A DNA stretch of 63,981 nt, counting the filler, from Licmophora abbreviata (taxonomy: Eukaryota), in the NCBI GenBank assembly GCA_900291995.1. It is 9 parts of 9 records of this genome, joined end to end, with 100 filler letters (N's around TTAATTAATTAA, not from the genome) between each part and the next. Parts side by side here need not be neighbours in the genome. Positions count along the whole stretch, not along the records: positions 31,850 to 36,520 come from OLMU01001961.1; positions 36,621 to 48,506 come from OLMU01001962.1; 7 more parts are not named here. The stretch is one strand, 5' to 3'. Made by a program: the position numbers and the translations under genes. Every line of letters begins with the position of its first letter. Positions within the stretch are counted from its first letter, which is position 1. Positions 34,270 through 44,944 of the stretch are shown here, piece after piece. The notes beneath the pieces were generated by a model. The model was not told where the DNA came from. It saw only the letters and a program-made list of their open reading frames with translations, and did not search any database.

Positions 34270-35670
34270 ATGACCATGCCGAAATATGACATCTGCATTA
34301 TCGGCGCAGGCCCTGCTGGCCTGGCGTGTCTGTCTGCTATCAAGAATCACTACTCGCTCGACTCGATGAATGATGGCCAGGTTCACCGGGCCGCGACATG
34401 CATGCACCGCGGCAGCATTCAAGAGAAGAGCGTGTGCGTCATTGATCCATCGCCAGATTGGATGACCCAGTGGAAGAATCAGTTCGACGCCTTGAACATC
34501 CGTTTTCTTCGCTCCCCGGCACTCGCTCACCCCAACATGTTTGAAAAGAATGCGTTGCTTGCTTATGCAGTCGAGAACGACCGTGAGGATGAACTTCTCG
34601 AGAGCGGCTGCTCGGATCTGAAACCACTGCAGGGGCTGGGCGAGACGCAGATAGGACTCTGGAAACTTCCCTCCACCCAACTCTTCGCCGACTTTTGTCA
34701 AGACCTAGCGACTCAGATCAAACATGACTATGTTCAAGGAAGTGTTGTTGACGTCTACAAGGAGGAGGATGAAGAGTCCTTCCAGGTCGTCTTGAAAGAC
34801 GGAACCAGCATTGAATCTGATACTGTCATTTTGGCCGTGGGTCCTGTCGGTCGTCCTATTGTACCTCATGGTGTGGAACACGCTCCCCACCTGTACCAAT
34901 GGACCGCGCTGCACACTCTCCCTCCCACGGCCCGCAACGTCCTCGTGATTGGCGGCGGTCTAACTGCCGTCCAGAGCGTTCAGCGTGTTCTCTATCAGAA
35001 CCCCAAGAGTCGCTGCGTCCTCTGCAGTCGTCGTGACCTGGTGGAACGTCACTTTGATTTGAACGTTGACTGGTTCGACCGCCGCAAGTCTACCAAGTGC
35101 ATGTCCGATTTTTACCATCTCCCGATTGATGAACGTTTGCGGTTGATCAAAGAGAGTCGGGGCGGCGGAAGCGTTCCTCCTATTTACATTCAAGATATTC
35201 GTCGCCTGGAGAGCATGGGTCGTCTCCGAGTGAAGAATGGAAATGTCAAATACTTGTGGACGCGAGCGTCCCATGGACAGTCAACAATCACGGCTGTCTC
35301 GATTGCGGGAAAGATCTACGAGTTTGATGCCATTGTATTGGCATGTGGAATCCACCACGACTGTACACAGAATCCATTGGTCCAAAATCTTGTGAGTCGC
35401 TGGCCGATTGACATCATCGGAGGCCTTCCTTCCATCACCGAAGATCTCAAGTGGACGACTGACAAGCTATTTGTTGTGGGTGGGCTAGGCGCCCTCAATA
35501 TAGGCCCTGACGGAGGAAACTTGATGGGGATTCGACGCGCTGCTCAGACTGTGGCCAACTCGCTGGACTGTCGTTGCTGGATGCGAGAGACCGATGTGTT
35601 GTCAAATCGTTTCGATGCATTTCTTCTCGACGATGAGACTGACAGCAGTGACGACGACTCGGACGCATAG
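34270..35670 (+). CDS. FAD/NAD(P)-binding oxidoreductase (lysine N6-monooxygenase-like superfamily)
   Basis: IIGAGPAGLA, FLRSP, VLVIGGGLTA, VLACG and GPDGGNLMG motifs. Confidence 0.8.
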   Translation: MTMPKYDICIIGAGPAGLACLSAIKNHYSLDSMNDGQVHRAATCMHRGSIQEKSVCVIDPSPDWMTQWKNQFDALNIRFLRSPALAHPNMFEKNALLAYAVENDREDELLESGCSDLKPLQGLGETQIGLWKLPSTQLFADFCQDLATQIKHDYVQGSVVDVYKEEDEESFQVVLKDGTSIESDTVILAVGPVGRPIVPHGVEHAPHLYQWTALHTLPPTARNVLVIGGGLTAVQSVQRVLYQNPKSRCVLCSRRDLVERHFDLNVDWFDRRKSTKCMSDFYHLPIDERLRLIKESRGGGSVPPIYIQDIRRLESMGRLRVKNGNVKYLWTRASHGQSTITAVSIAGKIYEFDAIVLACGIHHDCTQNPLVQNLVSRWPIDIIGGLPSITEDLKWTTDKLFVVGGLGALNIGPDGGNLMGIRRAAQTVANSLDCRCWMRETDVLSNRFDAFLLDDETDSSDDDSDA

Positions 35671-36122
35671 TGTCGTCCACTAGAGAGTCTCGTCTTTTGG
35701 TAGAGCTCCTCTCAGCATCGCAACGAAGGCTTGATTCTTCTTGTTGAATCATGTTGTGCGACGCCCGCGAAAGCGCCTTGAGCTGGGTTGTATAGAAACT
35801 TAGTAGTAGGTCTAGCTAGAGTAATTGAGTTTAGCCTCGGCTCGGATATCGCATCGAATCATAGCTAGAGCATGGTATTTTCGTCTTGTTGCGAGACAAC
35901 GAGTGGTTTAGCATCCGGGTTACTGCGACAAGATGAGTTTGAGCTCAAAAGTGTCTCAGCAGCTGCTATTCCATAAGTACAAATAGCTAATCGTTTCGCA
36001 CTGTGGGGTGGAGACAGCCGGCGCCATTGATCCGCGCCCTCGCCATCACTTTTCGCCTCTTGAAGACAGCAGAGACCATGAAGAGATTCGGTCGTGTCGC
36101 ACGTCCCCAAAACGGGTCAAGC

Positions 36123-37305
36123 ATGAGAAATGTCCTTGTCAGTCTACTGTTCATTGTGTTTTGTAGTGCCCGTGTGTCGGTGGAGGCATTCTCTGTAGTG
36201 CAACAGAGGTTCAGGACTCCCAACTGTCGATCGCAGCAAGCACTGCACTTTCGGGGAACAGCTGCTGCATTACGAGCTCGAGCGAATCTTCCCAATCTTT
36301 CCGCTTTGACACGGCAACAAGCCTCGCTAACCAATGATGTAGTAAAGGATGCGTCTTCAAGATATCGACGGATGCTCCGTGTTGCTTTCTCGGGACTCCT
36401 AGGTGTGGCTACCGTGCTGCTTCTTTCTCGGCGCACAGCTCTTGCATCAGATATAGTTTTACCCCAGAGCGAGGCACTTTTGCGTGCCACCACAGTGGTA
36501 ACACGAGCAGATCCCTCCCTNNNNNNNNNNNNNNNNNNNNNNNNNNNNNNNNNNNNNNNNNNNNTTAATTAATTAANNNNNNNNNNNNNNNNNNNNNNNN
36601 NNNNNNNNNNNNNNNNNNNNATGGGAGAGATCGAGTAGCAAGCATTCGGCAGGCATTCGAACCATGTCGCTTGTTTCCTTGGGCGCCGCTGCTTTTACGA
36701 TTTGCAGTATGTACGGCTTTGTTCATCTTAATACTCGGTATGATCCCAGTCGCATCGCCTCCAACATTGTCAGTGGTGTCGGTTTCGTAGGAGCTGGTGT
36801 CATTACAACAGCCACGCATCAGCATCGTGCGGACAATCCGAAGCGAAAGCCCCGGGAAATCAATGTCGTGCATGGTCTTACGACGGCAGCTGCCATCTGG
36901 TTGTCAGCGGCAGTAGGTGTAGCGAGTGGACTAGGATTGTTTTACATTGCCGGGACAGCGGCGACGAGTACGATTGCCATTCTTCGATTTGGGCGGCTCA
37001 CTCATTCGTCGGGTCGAGGGAAGAAGCATACACGCGTCTTTCGACGAAATCGGGGGTCTTCTGAAATGCTAGACACAAGCACATGGGATGAGGTTCCAGA
37101 AGAGTACACTAAGAGCTCTGGAGAGTCTCAGGCGTATGTTAAGGAGGATTTGCTTGACTCGATCCGCACCTCGTTCAATGAAACTGGTTCGTCGTCCGAG
37201 CTTTTCGCGACGCTGGAAGATCCGGAGGAACAAAAGGAGAGGATCCGGGCTAGGTCAAGAGACAAAGAGAAGACAGTACAGACAAGAAAGTGTCTCCATA
37301 GCTGA
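36123..37305 (+). CDS. MgtC/SapB-family membrane protein with plastid-type leader; gap 36521-36620
   Basis: WER...AGIRTMSLVSLGAAAF, DPSRIASNIVSGVGFVGAGVI and HGLTTAAAIW motifs; signal followed by VEA-FS; start may be 36078. Confidence 0.87.
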
Positions 37306-37392
37306 ATAATATACATCTAAATGTAGTGGCTCTGCAGATGGTGGCATGGTACACATGGAACATCTTGCTACCTCATGCTCCTTGCGTCTGTT

Positions 37393-38229
37393 CTACAACT
37401 CCTCCATGGCGAGCTCCGCATCCGTTTGTCGATTGGTCGATTCAAAGATTTTATCGGCGCTGGCCGTAATGAATCCCTGGTAGAGGTTTCCTTCGATATC
37501 TGGGTAGCGTTTAGCGTACTCGTAGTAGCATGTCTTCACAGTGTGCACTCCATCAGCAAACTGAATTGGTATTTCGCTCGCCACAGTACTTCCTTGCTCC
37601 AGAAGTACTTCTTCCGAGCCTTTGACTCTCCCACCACTCTCATTCACAACCAAGCCAAGCTCTTCTATAAGTTCATTCATTTCTTGAATGCTTTTGTGGC
37701 TCTCGAGCGCATTGACGTCGACGGTAAAGTGATTACATCGCAAGCCAATCACGCTCAGCCATGCCGCGTAGTCATTCTCTTTTGCGAGCAGTTCGTATTC
37801 TTCATAGGTGGGGAGGTCCCACAAGGGCCCACGCCAAAATATGCTCGGGTCCCCCACGTCCTCCACCGTAATATTTTCGACCAGTCGACCAATGACCTCT
37901 TGTGATGGCAATGACAGTTCTTCGACACGAAGTTCGCTCAGAAATATTCGTGGCTGACCCTTCAACGGAGGTAAGTATCCATAGGCAGTAAGTTTCTTCG
38001 TCTCAAAGAGATAGGGTTCGTCCGAGTAGCGTCTGTAGCCGAGGTCTTCGATCAAGAGGGGTTCCAGATTGGCAAGGCCAATGGGAGGAATATTGAAAGT
38101 TCGAAACGCGACGTGATCGTTGATTACCTCATTGCCCCGATCTTCCAAAGCACTCCGAATAATCTGCGCTTGCGGTGTCATGGTCACATAGTCCTTCCAT
38201 AAGTTATGAAAGAATGTATCCACCGACAT
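37393..38229 (-). CDS. DUF1338 family (HglS-like 2-oxoadipate dioxygenase/decarboxylase)
   Basis: NDHVAFRTF, PRIFLSEL, YAAW...NHFTV, LLEQGST, YYEYAKRY and YQGFI...ADKIFEST motifs. Confidence 0.88.
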   Translation of the reverse strand: MSVDTFFHNLWKDYVTMTPQAQIIRSALEDRGNEVINDHVAFRTFNIPPIGLANLEPLLIEDLGYRRYSDEPYLFETKKLTAYGYLPPLKGQPRIFLSELRVEELSLPSQEVIGRLVENITVEDVGDPSIFWRGPLWDLPTYEEYELLAKENDYAAWLSVIGLRCNHFTVDVNALESHKSIQEMNELIEELGLVVNESGGRVKGSEEVLLEQGSTVASEIPIQFADGVHTVKTCYYEYAKRYPDIEGNLYQGFITASADKIFESTNRQTDAELAMEEL

Positions 38230-38525
38230 GGTTGATCGTGATCATGGGCTTCTCAATTGACGGTCAAACTGGCTCGAACGTGTCTCGGTTGTTTGTGTGA
38301 AGATAGAGCATGAGACGCGAAAACAAAGAAATGCGGTACCAGGTACCGGTACTGAAAAAGGCCTTTATAAAAAAGTGACATTCGAGGTGTCCTGTGACGT
38401 ACGTTATTTAGCAAAAGGATGCAGTTTAAAACCGGGCATCTCAGAAGGGTTTAAGGATTTCGGCAAAAACCAAGCGGGCAAGCAAAACAGCAAAGAAGCT
38501 TGACATCACTGATTTACCTTGGCAC

Positions 38526-39555
38526 CATGGTGAGGATTCGGCGGCAACGACGGTCGCTCCTTGCGATTATACACTGCACTATCCCGCTGATTGTGCCCCA
38601 GGTGTCATGTCTGAGCGGAATGAATGCCGTGTTGCTACCGCCTCGTCCCCTCCAGCCTCCATTCCCGAACGGCCCCTGTGGTGGCACTGTTCTTCGGATT
38701 TCTCCCGAGTTTACCTTTGACGTCGACGCCAAGCTGAATGGAAATCGTATACTACTGCCTCCTCGAGACATATCAGTTTGGCTTCCTCCTGAGTACTCAC
38801 AAGATGAATCACAGCTATTTCCTGTTCTGTACTGTCACGACGGACAGAACTGTATGGCTGATGAACACAGCTGGACGGGGTTCTCCTGGAGACTCATGGG
38901 CGCACTCACGAGAATGAACGAGCGACGATTGTTGCGAAAGCCGTCTCCCATCGTAGTCATGCTTCCCTCGTGTGATGAGGACTTACTACCGGGTGTGCGG
39001 CGAAGGCATCTGGAGTACGGCGGCGTATCGCAAGTCTTTGCGCAGGCCCACGCGGACTTCATTGCCCATACAGTCAAGCCTCTCGTTGATTCCACGTTTC
39101 GAACGCTACAGAGTCCGCAAGATACGTATGCAATGGGATCCAGTCTGGGGGGACAAGCATCCCTCAATTTGCTTTTGCGGCATCCCGACACCTTTGGCGG
39201 TGCAGCTCTGTTGTCTCCGGCGTTTGGGCCCGACACGATTGCCTCGGTGCTGGCAAGCGTGGCTACCAAGACTCTTGCCAGCAAACGCATTTACATGGAC
39301 ATTGGAGGTGATCTTGGCGACGAAAAAGTGCCTTGGATTGACGTGATGGATCACTTGACACCAGAGCACTGGTGGAATCCGGGCTACTGGTGGCTTGACA
39401 CTACCTTGCAGCCTCAGGTTGATGCGATGCGACGTGCGTTGCATCTAGCTGGTGCTGAACCGGCGTATCATGCGGCTCCAGGAGGTCGGCACAATGAACG
39501 AGCATGGTCGCAGCGTATTCACTTACCGCTGCTACACTTGTTTGGATCAGTGTGA
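38526..39555 (+). CDS. Putative esterase (alpha/beta hydrolase, IroE/Fes-like)
   Basis: VWLPPEY, PVLYCHDGQN, GSSLGG and HNERAWSQR motifs. Confidence 0.85.
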
Positions 39556-39624
39556 CAAGTTAGTTTTTAAAATTAAGGTAGCAGTGTGACTTGTGGCTCA
39601 TTCTCTCTAGCGGTAGCCAGTTAT

Positions 39625-41882
39625 CTACACGGATCTCCCTGATATGCTTCTGTGTTCGTTCTGAAATAGCACCTGGCGTGATGGATCTGATTGTGAATGA
39701 TATACGACACGCTTCGGTCGCTTCTTCATCCACACCTGGGCTACTAGGTAAACCAAGAGGGAAGGGACCAGCAGCGCGACGATAAGCAACATGAATGGCG
39801 TGACATAGAGATATTCAATGGCTCGAAACGGCGAATCGAGAGATTTCAGCGAATGAGCGCTTGGTGAGTCATCAAAGTGGTCCTGTGCCAGACAGTTTGG
39901 ACCAGTGTATCCCTCATTGCACTTGCAGACCTTGGCCGTGGTGGAGGCAAAGAACATGGCCTGCATTTGGGATTGCTCGACGCATTGCCCTCTCCCAACA
40001 GATTCCTTCGTTTCCTGTTCCTCTCGCTGAGTAGCCGACCCACCGTCTTCAAATATTTTCGTTAGATTTTCCTTCTCAATATGTGCTCCGCAGTCCGCCT
40101 GACTCTCGCAATTAGCACCACCACGCTGAACAGGTCGGAGCGGATCCTTGTCGTCGTACGAGAAAGGTGGATTTCGCATATATCGGTACGAGTGACCCTT
40201 GATGAATTCCTTGGTAGGGAATCCAGGAGGATCGCAGCCTAGCGTGTGGTTGTTTCCGGGGTGGGGCTCGTTTGTCTGGTAGACACGAATCGAGTCGATT
40301 TTCATTGCCACGTCGCCCTGGCGCATCATTTTGCAGAATCCCGGAGACATCGCACATTGACATTTGGGATCATCGCAGTCGTAGCATTGCTCACACCAGT
40401 CTGGAACAGAGTAAGGGAAACCCCAAGTTGATGACACGGCCGTGTTCATAATGAGATACGTTGGCTCTGCAGGAATCTGCGAGCCCATCAAATTCCTGAG
40501 CGATGCGTCTTTAAGAGAATAGGCGTGAACCCAGTCTTTTCCCAGCCCATCACCTTCCATCGAAAATGTCGCGTTGATCTTATGCCCCTGACTAAACCAA
40601 TCAAGACGTCCTCCCGGTCCGGGCTGCCATTCCAAGCGAAAAATATGAGTCGTGTTGAAGTGTGCTGGCACGAGCTGGTGCAGCGCTCCGACGGCGTCTG
40701 CCTGAAACGCTTGATGTTTGTTTCGCGTCACAGGCTCGTATGGTTTTGTCTCCGCGAGGTATGTTCCATAAAAGAAAGGGTTGATGGACGTGTTTCCTTC
40801 CAGCTTCAGTCCATCATACCAAGTATTTGCTGAATACTCTGTATGTCCACTCTTTGTGAGTGTACTCTTCCGGAGCGGTGCGGCGCCTGACTGTGGACGA
40901 TTCTTCGTAACGCCGGGCGCAACCTGTGGTGCACAAGCCAGAGCTATGAGTAAACAAACCCACTTGTAATATAATGAACCACGAGAGTAAGAAAACGCGT
41001 ACCTGTAGAGTCATGTCTGCGTATGGAATGGAAACTGGTGGGTCCGTAGATGGCAGAGGGCCTTTCGATTCACCCGCCATCACTTCGACTATGTCAATTT
41101 CAGTGGCACCACGTCCTTGAAACGGATGCATCCCAAAGTGATTTTGTCTATTACAAGCGGAGAGAGTTTGTGCCTCCTGCAATTCCCGATTGCAAGTGTC
41201 GTAACTCCAAGGCCATATATTGTTGGTTGAGGATTCGTATGTCGCTCGACCAAGATTCCCCAGCATCCAAACAGCAGGCCACAGTCCACCGATAAACGGC
41301 TCTCCTGGAAAAATCACCTCAATTTCGACTATTCCTCCTGTAAAACAGAACTTCTCCCAAGATTGAACCATGCCCGACAGGTAGTGCGTCTTTTCGTGCT
41401 TCCACGTTTGCTTGACATGATCAAATCGATTCCATTCGGTAGTGCCTAACTTCGTGGAGATCTTTAGAAACCCATCGTCTGTTGTGGTGACAGTAGAGGA
41501 ATTATAAAACTGCATAGATCCACCTCCAGCTGAGGAAGCATCGTCATCTGACTTGTCCAGTGCTGTCCAAACGGGGTCATGTCCATCCTTGAACGTCCGA
41601 TTCGGTACATTAAACTCATCGGACATTACCTGCAGTGCGTTGTCAGGTGTGAGCTTGTCGCAAAAGCTTCAAAGTATCGACTCGTGGGTGTCTTGTACGT
41701 ACCAGAAAGTATTCAGTGCCGTCGATTAACGATGTCGTCGTCCGTTTGTCGAGAGGGGTGTCCATGTCAATGAGCCCGCCTGATGCGATGGGAAGGACCA
41801 TCGACAATGTCCCGAGTATTGCCAGTATCCTCTGTGATAGCCCCATTCCCAGAAAACTTCTTCTTTTGCCACGACGGTCCAT
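39625..41882 (-). CDS. GH16 KRE6/SKN1-like beta-glucan transglycosylase (diatom TGS type); introns 41630-41702 and 40924-41002
   Basis: Signal peptide; IDMDTP, VMSDEF, SGMVQSWEKFCFTGG, GLWPAVWMLGNLGRA and GRGATEIDIVE motifs; EGF-like unit and C-terminal TM; both introns restore the frame. Confidence 0.9.
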
Positions 41883-42504
41883 GATTCGCTTCGTGGGCAG
41901 GAAAAGAGAACGTACTGTAACGCGGCTGAATACAGACTTGGTTCCGCTGCAGAAGCAGTTTCCAAATTGGTGGAAGGATTTGTCGTTTCGATTGGTTCGC
42001 AAAGAGATGAGTATCCAAAAGATCAATTCACGACTGTGGGCATCAACAAGAGAGAAACAGGGCCTCTGGGACTTGTTCCGAAGACGATACAACGATGCAA
42101 TCGCCGTTCTTTGCTACCGCTTTCCTCCTCGTCAAGGCTTCGATGCGTCTCACAAACACGCACGCACTTGACACTGAAATCGAACTCTGTAAAGGCACCC
42201 GGAAAAGTGCGTCATCGCGCGAGCTCATTGCTGTTTTTCCTACGAATCGAGCTCCGATCGTCGGATCGATGGCGCTTCGTATCGTAGCTAGACTAGAGAG
42301 ACTAGTCTACCGTAGTCTAGATACTAAAAAGGCCGATTGGCCGATGGCCGCCAACGAGTGCATCTGGTAGTCTACCGGCAGTGCGGTTGTGCTATTTAGA
42401 GAAGGGCTCAATAGCTGGCGTTGTAGGAGCTCTGGAGGAGCCGTCTGGTCACAAGGTCACTCCCTCCTCGTTCCTTCTAGTCCTCTGCACAACCCTTGCT
42501 CTTC

Positions 42505-43350
42505 TCAAATTATCCTTCGACTCTTGAAGAATCGCACAATGTGACCCGCTTGCGTGAATCCCGTCATGAGCATGATGCACAGGTGCATCACCGGCCACCA
42601 CGTAGTCGCTGCGTGCATCTTTTCGCTATGCTGGTGAAAATTACTTTCGCGCACTTTGGAAAAGTCAGCCTCCAACAAAATGGCCTTCATCTGCAGCGTC
42701 AAGTGGTTCATTTCCTTTTCCATATGTGTCCAATGATGATCCACAGCATCGATCTCATCGCTCTTTAACTCGGATTCGTCGGTTTTCTTGTTCACCATCA
42801 GTCCGAATCGCATTGGATTCTTTGAACTCGCGACAGACGCACGCACACAGATGTCCAGTTCACCGTCCAATTGTACCGTATGAAAAATGCTTCCTTTTCT
42901 ACTTTTCAGTTCCTCCGAAGTTGGACGCAGTTTTCCTGCTTTTTCTTTGCGCTGAAATTCGGTCTGGGCACCGATCGAGTCCAAGCCAACCGTGTGACCG
43001 GGGGAACGAGAGTGAATCGTGATCCAAGCGGGCCCTGCAGACGGATCTTCGGATCGCAAAGTCAAGTCTATGCGGGAAATAGAAGGAGTGAGGAAACAGA
43101 TTGTCAGATATTCTCGAAGGGGTTAGCCGCCAAGAATCAATGTTGCTGCAATATCACGCCTACCTGGTGCTTCGTAGTCGACCTGTAAGATCGTCCCTTC
43201 AGGGGCTATTGTCGTGAAGCACTTGCCTCGTCCTGACTTTACCAGAGCAAAAGGCATCGCCTGTGTTCTGAGCGAAAGGAACAAGCAAAGTATTAATGCC
43301 AGGAGCATGGTGGTCAATGGAGATGCGAAGCGGCGATACGCCATGGTCAT
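42505..43350 (-). CDS. emp24/gp25L/p24 GOLD-domain cargo receptor; intron 43068-43163
   Basis: Signal peptide, GKCF, DICV, coiled coil RESNFH, TM and FFKSRRII tail. Confidence 0.9.
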
Positions 43351-43604
43351 CGTCGGCGATGTCAGGGTCGAATGAGTCGAGACTGGAGTGATCCCGCGAT
43401 GAGCGGAGTTGAGTCGAGTGAGTCAATTCCGTCGCCCTAACCCTAACGGAATTTACGAGATGAACACATAATGATGAACCATGAGTCGGTTGTGCCCGTC
43501 CTCTGCACGTTCACTGCTACTAGTTTTGACTAAGCGAGCACAGTCAGACTTGCTTGCTGCCGTAAAGGAGCACCACAAAAGGAAAGCATACCATAAGAGC
43601 ATTC

Positions 43605-44486
43605 TCATAGCCTTTCGAGTGTAGCAACGGTCAGATCGCTGCCTTGCTGTTGCAGATATCGATAGCCAGAGCCGTCAGCATGTACAATGGCAACATAGTA
43701 GTACGGCGTCCCTTCGGAATCAAACTGTACAATGGACGCGGTGCAGTCGGGATCAAGGTTCATCTCGCCTGTATACGTTGCTACTAGCTGGTCGCCGTTG
43801 TAGGAACTAATGGCAATTCCCTTATTGTCCCCATTGCTCCAAGTTTCTTTTTGAATCACTGCATTAGAAGTCCAGTCACCAGTAGTTGTAAGGGTAAGCC
43901 CCTGTTGTTCACTCACGACTAGCCCATCCAATGTCGTGGCGGTGCACTTTTCGTCCATTGGTTGACTGGTAAAGCTGGATGTAGTCACCACCGATCCAGG
44001 CGTCGTGTCGATTTCCCGTACGGGTCGACCACGATTGTCCAGTATGACGGTGAAAGTCACCGTTATTCGTCCTTTCCCATTCACAGTTTGTATTCTTCGC
44101 ATGATGTGAACAGTGCAATCGTCCTGATTGAGCTCCCATGAGCCCGTGTAATCATCAAAGCCATGAAACTCGCTGCCTTGCCGCGCCGCCCAGTTGCCGT
44201 CGACAATGGTCCCATCATGCTTCCATGTTTCTTGCCACAAGCGCGCTACCGGTCTGCCTCCATCATCCAACTCAAGGTAGCCCTTGGAAGATCCGATGTA
44301 GCGACCTGGTCGTACTTTGGGGCAGTCAAGAAGAGATACCTCGGGCGTGGGCTTCGTTGCAGGTGATGGCTTTCTGGAAGCCCCATCCTTCTTTCCTGTC
44401 TTCTTTCCCTTGGAACTTCCTCCGTGGGCTTGTGTTCTCAAGGACCAGAGTGTCAAGATCCATAGAAAAGAACGGATGCTGAACAT
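43605..44486 (-). CDS. Secreted hypothetical protein with two internal beta-rich repeats
   Basis: Signal peptide MFSIRSFLWILTLWSLRTQA; Lys-rich linker; QETW...YTG..L..DCT..I occurs twice. Confidence 0.7.
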   Translation of the reverse strand: MFSIRSFLWILTLWSLRTQAHGGSSKGKKTGKKDGASRKPSPATKPTPEVSLLDCPKVRPGRYIGSSKGYLELDDGGRPVARLWQETWKHDGTIVDGNWAARQGSEFHGFDDYTGSWELNQDDCTVHIMRRIQTVNGKGRITVTFTVILDNRGRPVREIDTTPGSVVTTSSFTSQPMDEKCTATTLDGLVVSEQQGLTLTTTGDWTSNAVIQKETWSNGDNKGIAISSYNGDQLVATYTGEMNLDPDCTASIVQFDSEGTPYYYVAIVHADGSGYRYLQQQGSDLTVATLERL

Positions 44487-44944
44487 GCTGGCTGGTGGCA
44501 TGGCATGGCATCTGCCATGTACCGACATGATCCATGATTTTGGATCTTGGCTTTCTATCTTCCGCCGAAACGCGAGGTCCATCACTCGTTTTTCCTTCCA
44601 AGGAGAAGAGTAGAGCTCGCATTCTGATTCTTGGCGGGAAGGAATATTGTGTATTCATTCCTTGATAGTAGTATTTCCAGCAAGACTCAAACTTAGTCGG
44701 AGTTGGCTTCAAGGAATGTCCAGTCTGAAGAAAAGACTGAATCGCAGCCCCGCGTTTCGAAAAGTTTGTTGTTGGCAGACTCACAAGGGCCATCGTAGTA
44801 CGAGTAGATAGTGCAGTGCGTGTTCGAACGTTCCAGGTGGTCACACTTCTATCGCTGCGTGCTGTGTGTATCCAAGCAAGAACCGTTGTGAGTCCGTCTT
44901 GACACGACCTACGAACAGTTCACAATTTCATCTTACGATCAACA

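Noticed and set aside
43435..43446. CCCTAACCCTAA telomere-like sequence
   Set aside because: Only two units and internal; at most a telo-box in the p24 promoter
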